NCBI RefSeq assembly: GCF_004102945.1
Contig: NZ_CP019384.1
Span: forward strand, 1,290,001 to 1,322,000
Source of the DNA: Candidatus Velamenicoccus archaeovorus
GTDB taxonomy: Bacteria > Omnitrophota > Gorgyraeia > Velamenicoccales > Velamenicoccaceae
Direction of reading: 5' to 3'
DNA: 32,000 nt
Part shown: in pieces, positions 23,381 to 30,784 of the stretch
Numbering within the stretch: position 1 is the stretch's first letter
How the letters are laid out: each line of letters starts with the position of its first letter
Notes under the pieces: model-generated
The model's database searches: none
The model's input: the letters and a program-made list of their open reading frames with translations, nothing else
Told to the model about the DNA's origin: nothing
Position numbers and translations under genes: made by a program

Positions 23381-23409
23381 TTGACTTTTACCTATTAGGA
23401 TGTTACGAT
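23381..23409 (+). promoter_or_regulatory. sigma70-type promoter 7 nt from the comF ATG at 23417 (leaderless candidate)
   Basis: TTGACT (23381-23386), a 17-nt spacer, TACGAT (23404-23409), then GTTTCCC and ATG 23417. The ORF-track start at 23408 lies inside the -10 box. Confidence 0.5.
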
Positions 23410-23416
23410 GTTTCCC

Positions 23417-24154
23417 ATGTTGAAAAGTTATGCACAGGCATGTTGCGACCTTCTCTTTCCGAGGAGCTGCCACATCTGCTCCCGGCTTCTCTGCGGGGCG
23501 ACAGCCAGGTTTGACGACCATCTCTGCGCGGACTGTTTTGCCTCCATGAAGCGCTGTAACGCCATCTCCTGCCGCTGGTGCGGGTCGCCCCTGACCGAAG
23601 AAAGGGAAAAAGAGGAATTTTTCTGTCGCAGGTGCCGCAACGACAAGCCGGCATACCACCGCCTCATGACTTGCTACGCCTATGAAGGGCCTGTCCGGCT
23701 GTTGATCCATAAGATGAAATATGAAGGCCGGGCCTATCTGGCTTCCACCATCGCCAGGTTGATCGCGGCAGCCCTGCCGGACAAGTGGCTGGATCTATTC
23801 GATGCCCTCGTGCCTGTGCCGCTTCATGCGGCGCGCGCCAGGGAACGGGAATTCAACCAGGCGGAGGCGATCGCGCGGCATCTGGCCGGCACTACATCCC
23901 TGCCTGTGATCCCGGCGCTCCAAAGGTCAAAAAACACGCCGGCGCTGGCGGATTTAAAAAAACAGGGGCGCATGCGCGTCCTCAACCATGCCTTCCGGCT
24001 GGACGAAAAGTGCAGTTCCCTCATGAGCCGGCGCCGCATCCTGCTTGTAGACGATATCGTCACCACAACGGCGACGGCGCGCCAAGCCAGCCGCCTGCTT
24101 ATGGACGAAGGCGGCTGCTGCCAGGTCACGGTGCTTGCGTTCGCCAAAAGTTAA
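23417..24154 (+). CDS. comF: ComF family protein (ComFC-like, zinc-finger plus phosphoribosyltransferase fold)
   Basis: N-terminal Cys pairs (CHICSR...CADC...CRWCG...CRRC) and a C-terminal PRT motif (ILLVDDIVTTTATA). The start could be 23408 or 23417. Confidence 0.85.
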   Translation: MLKSYAQACCDLLFPRSCHICSRLLCGATARFDDHLCADCFASMKRCNAISCRWCGSPLTEEREKEEFFCRRCRNDKPAYHRLMTCYAYEGPVRLLIHKMKYEGRAYLASTIARLIAAALPDKWLDLFDALVPVPLHAARAREREFNQAEAIARHLAGTTSLPVIPALQRSKNTPALADLKKQGRMRVLNHAFRLDEKCSSLMSRRRILLVDDIVTTTATARQASRLLMDEGGCCQVTVLAFAKS

Positions 24155-24156
24155 TC

Positions 24157-25251
24157 ATGCGTATCCTTAGGAATTACGTCTTAAAGGAATTCTTCGGCGC
24201 CTTCTTTCTGTCGCTGTTCATTTTGACCTTCGTCATGCTCTTGGGCAACATGATCAAGCTCGCCGACCTGATCATCTCCAAGGGGATCTCGATTTTGGTG
24301 GCCGGCAAGCTTTTTCTATACCTCATCCCCTTTCTCTTCAGCTTCATCCTGCCGGTCTCAACCCTGACCGCCGTTCTGCTGTCCATCGGCCGGCTTTCCG
24401 GCGACAATGAGCTGATCGCAATCCGCTCCAGCGGCATCGGCCTCTTCAAGATCCTCTCGCCGGTCATCATCGTCGGCGTGATCCTCAGCCTGTTTGCCGT
24501 CATCCTGAATAACGAGATCATCCCCGTCTCCCACCATAAATCGCGCGAGACGCTGATCGAGCTCGGTTCCCAGAACCCTACGGCGGCGCTGGAAGCCGGA
24601 ACCTTTATCACGGCCTTTGATAAGTACATCATCTTCATCTACCGTATCGACGGTAACAAATTTTCCAACATCCGTATCTATGAACCCCAAGGGGCAGACA
24701 AGCCTCCCCGCACCATCATCGCCAAAAAGGGGGAATTCATCGTCCTGCCGGACAAACAATTGCTCAAGCTCAAGCTGATCGACGGCACGTCCGACGAGAT
24801 CAATCCGAACGACCCCGAAAATTTTTACAAACTCAATTTCAAGACATATTTCATGAACATCGATTTCAAAAAGCAGGCCGCGGCCAAGGTCGACAAGAAA
24901 GCCAAGGACATGACGCTCCAGGAACTGCGCCGGCAGATCAACAAATTCAAATCCACCGGCATCGACACCGCCCCCCTCTTGACGGAGATCTATAAACGCA
25001 GCGCCCTGGCGTTCTCCTGCATTGTCTTCATCTTCGCCGGGGCGCCGTTCGCCATGATCACGAGGCGCAGGGAGAAATCCCTGAATTTCGGCTTCGCCTT
25101 CCTCATCATGGCCCTTTATTATCTCTTGCTGATCGGTTTCGAAACGATGAGCTCCGAAGGCATCATGACGCCTTGGTTGGCCATGAGCATGCCGAACATC
25201 ATTTTCGGCGTTCTCGGCGCAGGGATGTTCTACAAAACATGCTTATCCTAG
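24157..25251 (+). CDS. lptF: LptF/LptG family LPS export permease (LptF-like)
   Basis: MRILRNYVLKEFFGAFFLSLFILTFVMLLGN... shows YjgP/YjgQ family architecture: TM cluster, periplasmic beta-jellyroll region, then C-terminal TMs. ATG 24157 is 2 nt after the comF stop. The track ORF from 23785 is an out-of-context upstream extension. Confidence 0.85.
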   Translation: MRILRNYVLKEFFGAFFLSLFILTFVMLLGNMIKLADLIISKGISILVAGKLFLYLIPFLFSFILPVSTLTAVLLSIGRLSGDNELIAIRSSGIGLFKILSPVIIVGVILSLFAVILNNEIIPVSHHKSRETLIELGSQNPTAALEAGTFITAFDKYIIFIYRIDGNKFSNIRIYEPQGADKPPRTIIAKKGEFIVLPDKQLLKLKLIDGTSDEINPNDPENFYKLNFKTYFMNIDFKKQAAAKVDKKAKDMTLQELRRQINKFKSTGIDTAPLLTEIYKRSALAFSCIVFIFAGAPFAMITRRREKSLNFGFAFLIMALYYLLLIGFETMSSEGIMTPWLAMSMPNIIFGVLGAGMFYKTCLS

Positions 25252-26333
25252 ACCGCTATCTCTTTCGATCGTTCCTCAAAAGCTTTATTTTCTGTCTCAT
25301 TGTCTTTATTTTTCTATTCATCATCGTCGACATCTTCGGCAGTCTCCAGGAAATCCTGAACAACCACCCCTCGATCCTGAAGATCCTCGAGCTTTATCTC
25401 TATGCCGTCCCGGTCATCATCGGCCAGACGGCGCCCATCGCCGCCCTCCTGGCCACGCTCTTCACCCTGGGACAGATGAACCAGGCCAACGAGATCATCG
25501 CCATGAGGTCTTCGGGCCTGAGCATCTGGCATATCGTGCGCCCCTTCGTTCTCTTCGGTTTCATCCTGAGCCTGTCGATCTTCGTCATGAACGAAACCAT
25601 CACCCCCTATGCGCAAAAGATGAGCAAATTCATCAAGCGCTATTATGTCGACAAGGCCTACGGATCCACCCAGGATGTCCCGCTGGAAAATGTCGCCATC
25701 TACGGTTACGATAACCGCCTCTATTTCCTTAATAAATTCTATCCGAAAACAAACACCATCGAAGGACTGACGATCCTGGAGCACGATGCCCAGCAAAACG
25801 TCCGTTCCAAGGTCTATGCGGAAAAGGCCGTCTGGAGAAACAACAGGTGGGTCCTTTACCAGTGCTTCATTTACTATCTGGGAGAAGGCCAAAGGATACG
25901 CGGGGAGCCTTTGTATTTTTCAGACAAGGTTTACAGGATAGAGGAAACGCCGGAAGACTTTATGAGGCAAAACATCCCTGTAGAAAACATGAACACCAAG
26001 GACCTCGCCAACTACATCGCGAGGCTCCCGGAGAGCGGCGCGCAGAATACGATCATCCGCATGAAGGTCGATCTTTTTCAGAAGACGTCGTCGCCCTTCA
26101 CCAGCTTCATCATCATCCTTCTGGGCATCCCTTCGGCCATCATCGTGCGCCGACGGGCGGTTGCCTTTTCTTCCATCGGCATATGCATGGGCATCAGCTT
26201 CCTCTTCTATGTCCTCTTCGCCGTCCTGACGGCCCTGGGAAAAGCCGGGGTCCTGCCGCCCCTTCTGGCTGCCTGGGGCAGCCACATCATCTTCGGCGGC
26301 ACGGCCCTCTATCTGATCGCGCATACCCAATAA
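25239..26333 (+). CDS. lptG: LptF/LptG family LPS export permease (LptG-like)
   Basis: MLILDRYLFRSFLKSFIFCLIVFIFLFIIVD... is paired with and overlaps the preceding permease gene by 13 nt, the usual lptFG arrangement. Confidence 0.85.
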   Translation: MLILDRYLFRSFLKSFIFCLIVFIFLFIIVDIFGSLQEILNNHPSILKILELYLYAVPVIIGQTAPIAALLATLFTLGQMNQANEIIAMRSSGLSIWHIVRPFVLFGFILSLSIFVMNETITPYAQKMSKFIKRYYVDKAYGSTQDVPLENVAIYGYDNRLYFLNKFYPKTNTIEGLTILEHDAQQNVRSKVYAEKAVWRNNRWVLYQCFIYYLGEGQRIRGEPLYFSDKVYRIEETPEDFMRQNIPVENMNTKDLANYIARLPESGAQNTIIRMKVDLFQKTSSPFTSFIIILLGIPSAIIVRRRAVAFSSIGICMGISFLFYVLFAVLTALGKAGVLPPLLAAWGSHIIFGGTALYLIAHTQ

Positions 26334-26504
26334 TATCGCGGAATCCCCCCGGACTTTAAGTTCGAGACTCCTTTTTTCTTTGGAACAATTCTCTGGATAA
26401 TCCTATCGGCTATCCCCTGGGGATTCCCTCCCAGAGGCAACCGCCATTCATGGCCGTGGGATTAAACTTGAAGTCGCGAAATGACGCCTTATCGCAGAGG
26501 AGAA

Positions 26505-27638
26505 CTATTCTTTATCGATATAGACGCGCGGCACGCGAGGAGAGATCCAACAGACGACTTCGTAAGGAATGGTGTGACACAGATGGGCGAGCTCTTCGAT
26601 GCGGATGATCTTATCTTTTTGCGTTCCGGCCAGCACCACCTCGTCTTCCAGCCGGACGCTCTTGAGGTGGCCGACATCGATCATCGTCTGGTCCATGCAG
26701 ACCACGCCGACAACCGGACAAAATTCCCCGTTCACCAGGACCCGGCCCTTGTTCGATAGAAGGCGGTTATATCCGTCGCCGTATCCGACAGGCAGGGTCG
26801 CGATCACCGTATCGTTTTTGGTGATGTGCGTCCGTCCATAACTGATGGAACGGCCCTTGGCGACATTCTTGAGATAGACGATCCTGGTCTTGAAAGAAAG
26901 GACCGGCGCCAGGTCCACTTTTCCGATCAACGCCTCTGTCGGATGCAGGCCGTAGATGGCCAGGCCTGGACGGACGAGGTTAAAATGGGCGTCTTTATAG
27001 CCGACAAGAGCCATGGTATTGGCGGAATGCTTGAGGGGGATCTTGACACCCTTGATCTCGAGCTTTGTCACCAAAGCGCAGAACATCGTGATCTGCGAAC
27101 GCGTAAAAGCCTCGTCGGTATCGGCGCTGGGAAAATGGGTGTAGAGACCTTCGATGGAGAGATGCGGCAAGGCGCAGAGCTTCAGGATAAAATCGTCCGC
27201 CTCGGAATGCCACACACCCAGCCGGCCCATGCCCGTATCGATCTTCACATGGATCTTGGCTTTCTTCTTTAAGGCGCCGGCGACCTTATTCAGCTCCAGC
27301 GCCATCGGATAATCCGTGACCGTCGCCGTCACATCATTATCGATCAACGCCGCTGCGTCGCTTTTGAGAAAAGCGCCCAGATTCAGGATCGGCACGTGGA
27401 TAAGGTTCTTTCTTAGCGTCAGGGCCTCGTCCAGACAGGCGACACCCAGATAATCCGCCCCGCAGGCGACAAGCTTACGCGAAACCTCGACGATGCCGTG
27501 CCCGTAGGCGTTGGCCTTGACCGCCACCATCATCTTCGTGCCTTCCGGAAGGGCCTTTTTCAGGGTCCGGTAATTACGTCCTACGGCGGACAGGTCGATC
27601 TCAACCCAAGTTTGACGATAAAAAAGGGATTTTTCCAT
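26505..27638 (-). CDS. alr: alanine racemase
   Basis: MEKSLFYRQTWVEIDLSAVGRNYRTL...MVAVKANAYGHG contains the PLP-lysine motif. The start is ATG 27638; the track extension to 27740 runs through palindromic repeats. Confidence 0.93.
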   Translation of the reverse strand: MEKSLFYRQTWVEIDLSAVGRNYRTLKKALPEGTKMMVAVKANAYGHGIVEVSRKLVACGADYLGVACLDEALTLRKNLIHVPILNLGAFLKSDAAALIDNDVTATVTDYPMALELNKVAGALKKKAKIHVKIDTGMGRLGVWHSEADDFILKLCALPHLSIEGLYTHFPSADTDEAFTRSQITMFCALVTKLEIKGVKIPLKHSANTMALVGYKDAHFNLVRPGLAIYGLHPTEALIGKVDLAPVLSFKTRIVYLKNVAKGRSISYGRTHITKNDTVIATLPVGYGDGYNRLLSNKGRVLVNGEFCPVVGVVCMDQTMIDVGHLKSVRLEDEVVLAGTQKDKIIRIEELAHLCHTIPYEVVCWISPRVPRVYIDKE

Positions 27639-27654
27639 GCGACGGAAAACCTTA

Positions 27655-27850
27655 AGAAATAACCAATAACCCTGCCTGCCGGCAGGCAGGCAAGATACAA
27701 GATCCAAATAAATCCCAATAACCAACGGCCAAATGATCAAACACGGTTTTTATTTTTTACCTAGTTATTGAATTTTTGTTTTTTGGTCATTGTTTGCCTG
27801 CCCTGCGGGCGTAGCCCGCGAAGGCAGGTTTCTTGGGATTTGGTTATTCA
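27655..27850. repeat. about 195-bp composite imperfect palindrome (MITE-like): terminal inverted repeats, two GCCTGCC-stem hairpins, AT-rich centre
   Basis: The left end AGAAATAACCAATAACCCTGCCTGCC (27655-27680) matches the reverse complement of the right end, TGAATAACCAAATCCCAAGAAACCTGCCTT (27850-27821). A perfect 20-nt palindrome CCTGCCTGCCGGCAGGCAGG lies at 27671-27690 and a nested hairpin at 27796-27829. The inner pair is CAAATGATCAAA / TTTTGGTCATTG. Confidence 0.5.
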
Positions 27851-27862
27851 TTCCCGTTAAAT

Positions 27863-28549
27863 CTAACATGCCTTCCTGACCTGACAGTCCCTGGAATACA
27901 GATACACGGCTTCGAGCCCCTGCGCATCCGTTTTGCGTCTCTGACGGAAGGCCTTGCGCGTCAGGGCCGCAATGCCTTCTGGCGCTGGATACCACATGTC
28001 TTCCTCGAGACATCCGGCAACCCCCAGGCGCTCCTGGATCGCTGGTGCGTACATCTTGACGGCGTCTCCGGCCAGGACCGTATGCCCATCAAGCCGGCCA
28101 AGCCATCGCTCAACGTCAAGCAACGCGTCTTTGCGCAACGGCACAAATCCCTTTTTGCCGTCCTGTTTGAATTCCGCGGCGTAGACATGCGAACGCCTGG
28201 CATCCACAGCCACGGCCAGACGGCGCGCGGGGATATGGACGGCATTAAAAGCGATAGCGGCCAGGCTTGAAAATGGATAGACCGGCCGCGAAAAAGCGAA
28301 TGCAAACCCCTTGACCGCGCTCAAACCTACGCGCAAACCGGTGAAAGAACCTGGACCAACGCCCACGCCAAAGGCATCCATGTCCTTCAAGGCCAGGCCC
28401 GATTGCTGCAGACACGTCTCGATCAGTTCGAAGACCCCTTCGGCCCTTCCCTTTTCAAACTGGCGCCTCGCCCCTACCAGCACTTTTTTTTCATCGGAGA
28501 CAGCGACCACCGAATAAACCGTGGAAGTATCCAGGCAAAGGAAATTCAT
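27863..28549 (-). CDS. tsaB: tRNA t6A37 biosynthesis protein TsaB (YeaZ)
   Basis: MNFLCLDTSTVYSVVAVSD...DAFGVGVGPGSFTGLRVGLSAVKGFAFA is a typical TsaB. Confidence 0.9.
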   Translation of the reverse strand: MNFLCLDTSTVYSVVAVSDEKKVLVGARRQFEKGRAEGVFELIETCLQQSGLALKDMDAFGVGVGPGSFTGLRVGLSAVKGFAFAFSRPVYPFSSLAAIAFNAVHIPARRLAVAVDARRSHVYAAEFKQDGKKGFVPLRKDALLDVERWLGRLDGHTVLAGDAVKMYAPAIQERLGVAGCLEEDMWYPAPEGIAALTRKAFRQRRKTDAQGLEAVYLYSRDCQVRKAC

Positions 28550-29079
28550 GAAAAGACCTCTTTGAGCGGATGCCCCCGCTCCAGGTCTTCGGCGGTCGCA
28601 ATCATCTTCTCCAGCGCCATGATCAGATAATTCTTGCTGAACACCTTCTCGAAGCCCTTGTCGAAGACACCCAGGGCCAGGCTGACCTTGGGAAGGAACA
28701 CAAGGGTGTTATTCTCAATCGCGGCATACTGGGTCAGCCTGCCGGTATTGTACCCCGTCGTTTCTTTGAGGGTCATGCAAACACGCGGCAGCGGAAGAAA
28801 AATGTTTTTGATGCCGGAATAACTCACGCCGATGTAGATATCCCGTCCTTTATAGACGCCGCGGATCTCGCGGCTGGCCAAAAAATCCAACCAAGGCGGC
28901 CGGCGCGCATCTTCCACCCCCAGGACCTCCCGGCCCGCCTTTAAAAAATGCCCGATGACCAGCGTTGTCCGCGCCAGCCACCAGATGATGAAACCTCCGA
29001 GCGCGATGCCGAACGTCAGCCAGAGATATTGATCCGTCCCGCTGACCGCACCCTTAAAAAAAATGATCGGCTGTTTCAC
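28546..29079 (-). CDS. hypothetical membrane-anchored protein (177 aa) between tsaE and tsaB
   Basis: The GTG start at 29079 overlaps the tsaE stop (GTGA), and its own stop overlaps the tsaB ATG (ATGA). One N-terminal TM helix is present (LWLTFGIALGGFIIWWLARTTLVIG). I recognise no family. Confidence 0.7.
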   Translation of the reverse strand: MKQPIIFFKGAVSGTDQYLWLTFGIALGGFIIWWLARTTLVIGHFLKAGREVLGVEDARRPPWLDFLASREIRGVYKGRDIYIGVSYSGIKNIFLPLPRVCMTLKETTGYNTGRLTQYAAIENNTLVFLPKVSLALGVFDKGFEKVFSKNYLIMALEKMIATAEDLERGHPLKEVFS

Positions 29080-29540
29080 GGGCTTTTTCTCTTTCCCCGC
29101 CTCTTCGACAGATGATGCACGACGATCTTACGCAACCTATCCCCTGAGCCTGCCGTGGAAAATTCGACGCGCATATGATCCGGCGGCAGCAGACCCTCGA
29201 GCTTATCCGCCCACTCGATGACGCAGATCCCCTGCGACCCGATAAATTCTTCGAGGCCTATCCCCTGGAATTCATCCAGTGTCGAAAGCCGGTATACATC
29301 GAAATGGTAAATGGGAATTCTGGCCGGATAGGTTTTCAGTATAACAAACGTGGGACTCGACACATAGTCCTTTTTTTTGAAGCCGAGGCCATAAGCCAGC
29401 CCTTTGACGAATGTCGTCTTGCCGCTGCCGAGCTCTCCCATCAAGGCCAGGCAATCGCCGGCCTTCAGGCTGTGGGCCAGTTTTTCCGCCAGCCTCATGG
29501 TCTCTTCGGCGGACCGAGTCACATAAATCTTCTTTTTCAT
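29076..29540 (-). CDS. tsaE: tRNA t6A37 biosynthesis ATPase TsaE (YjeE)
   Basis: MKKKIYVTRSAEETMRLAEKLA...LMGELGSGKTTFVKG (P-loop) ...YHFDVYRL. The start is ATG 29540; the track extension to 29621 enters a repeat. Confidence 0.9.
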   Translation of the reverse strand: MKKKIYVTRSAEETMRLAEKLAHSLKAGDCLALMGELGSGKTTFVKGLAYGLGFKKKDYVSSPTFVILKTYPARIPIYHFDVYRLSTLDEFQGIGLEEFIGSQGICVIEWADKLEGLLPPDHMRVEFSTAGSGDRLRKIVVHHLSKRRGKRKSP

Positions 29541-29608
29541 CGGTGATCTTATTTTTCCATCCACCGCTACCGCGTCAGCGGATGCCTGCCGAAGCAGTGG
29601 CGGCGGAC

Positions 29609-29721
29609 ACTTCGTTGGCAAACGGGGTTAATCCTTCACACCTGCCTGCCCTGGTCAAAGGCAGGCGGCCGGATAACTTACGTCGTTCGTCCTGCGGACA
29701 GACTCCGTAAGTTATGGCCTC
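29609..29721. repeat. direct repeat copy 1 (113 nt = 81-nt unit interrupted by a 34-nt hairpin cassette)
   Basis: 29609-29632 plus 29667-29721 match 29788-29811 plus 29814-29868 with 3 substitutions. Confidence 0.85.
29633..29666. repeat. 34-nt GCCTGCC-stem hairpin cassette inserted in repeat copy 1
   Basis: CCTTCACACCTGCCTGCCCTGGTCAAAGGCAGGC replaces the dinucleotide TC of copy 2. The stem is GCCTGCC (29644-29650)/GGCAGGC (29660-29666). The same stem sequences occur at 27796-27829. Confidence 0.7.
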
Positions 29722-29787
29722 CCTGAAAAATCACCTCTTTCTACCCCGATTCGCCTAAGACGCGTCGTAAATTTCTTTCAGAAATTT

Positions 29788-29868
29788 ACTTCGCTGGCGA
29801 ACGGGGTTAATTCGGCCGGATAACTTACGTCGCTCGTCCTGCGGACAGACTCCGTAAGTTATGGCCTC
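29788..29868. repeat. direct repeat copy 2 (81 nt), ending 1 nt before the thiL stop codon
   Basis: ACTTCGCTGGCGAACGGGGTTAATTCGGCCGGATAACTTACGTCGCTCGTCCTGCGGACAGACTCCGTAAGTTATGGCCTC. The internal stem is ATAACTTACG (29820-29829)/CGTAAGTTAT (29853-29862), extended by GGCC/GGCC. Confidence 0.85.
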
Positions 29869-29869
29869 A

Positions 29870-30784
29870 TTAAAAATGTCTGAATTTCGGCGGCGGCAGT
29901 TTTTTCAAAAGGCCGCCGCGGGTACATATCCGCACCCCTTTAAAAGCAGTCGTCATACGGCCGATGGGATAGAAATGGAACCGGCCGGCTGAATACGCCG
30001 ACAGGCGGCGTGCCTGCGCAGGCGCAAGCGTAAAGAGCAATTCGTAATCCTCGCCATCACCCAGGGCTGCTGCCATCGTCTTGACGCCCGGATTCCTTGG
30101 GATATCATCCTCGAAGATCTCGGCCCCCAGGCGGCTGGCTTCGCACAAACGGGAAAGGTCCATGCCCAAGCCGTCCGAGAGATCCATCATGGCGTTGACC
30201 TTGAAATTTTTCACCAAAAAACGGGCCTCTTTGACCCGGGGAACAAAAAACAGATGGCGGCCGCTTCTCTGGGAACCGCCCAAGGGGCCGGAGACAAAAA
30301 TAGTGTCGCCGTCTTTGGCGCCGCTGCGTAAGACAAGGTTCTTCTTCTTGACCTCCCCCGTCATGAATACGTCGATCACGAGACGGTCGCTGCGGTTTAT
30401 GTCTCCGCCGATGACGCTGACGCCGTATCTGCGGGCGCATTGCCCGAGCCCGGCAAACAAGGCCTGGGCGCGGCGCGCCAGGTCTTTGCGGGGCAAACCC
30501 GCAGAAACGAGGGCGAATCTCGGCTCGCCGCCCATAGCGGCGATGTCGCTTACTGAGACGGCGACGGCCTTATAGCCGACCCTTCTCAGATCTTCCCCTT
30601 TCTTAAAATGCACAGATTCCACGAGCATGTCAACCGTCAGGAGACCGTAGAGCTCTTTCGGCCCCCGGATGACAGCCGCGTCATCGCCCGGCCCGACAAC
30701 GACTGAAGGGTCGGCTGTCCTGAACCGGCGGACGGCTTGAGCGACAAGGGCCCATTCTTTAATGTTTTTGAGATAGGCGTCCAT
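29870..30784 (-). CDS. thiL: thiamine-monophosphate kinase
   Basis: 304 aa from the AIR-synthase-related family, with GPGDDAAV and VSVSDIAAMGG motifs. Confidence 0.92.
   Translation of the reverse strand: MDAYLKNIKEWALVAQAVRRFRTADPSVVVGPGDDAAVIRGPKELYGLLTVDMLVESVHFKKGEDLRRVGYKAVAVSVSDIAAMGGEPRFALVSAGLPRKDLARRAQALFAGLGQCARRYGVSVIGGDINRSDRLVIDVFMTGEVKKKNLVLRSGAKDGDTIFVSGPLGGSQRSGRHLFFVPRVKEARFLVKNFKVNAMMDLSDGLGMDLSRLCEASRLGAEIFEDDIPRNPGVKTMAAALGDGEDYELLFTLAPAQARRLSAYSAGRFHFYPIGRMTTAFKGVRICTRGGLLKKLPPPKFRHF

Noticed and set aside
26339-26427. 9-bp inverted repeat GGAATCCCC / GGGGATTCC in the lptG-alr convergent spacer as a terminator or element
   Set aside because: The arms are about 70 nt apart with no supporting structure or flanking T-runs, and this is the only occurrence. 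It could easily be chance in GC-rich sequence.
29609-29868. CRISPR array
   Set aside because: There are only two repeat copies, and the unit length (81 nt) is far above CRISPR repeat size. The spacer between them is a hairpin-containing 66 nt, and no cas genes are in the window.
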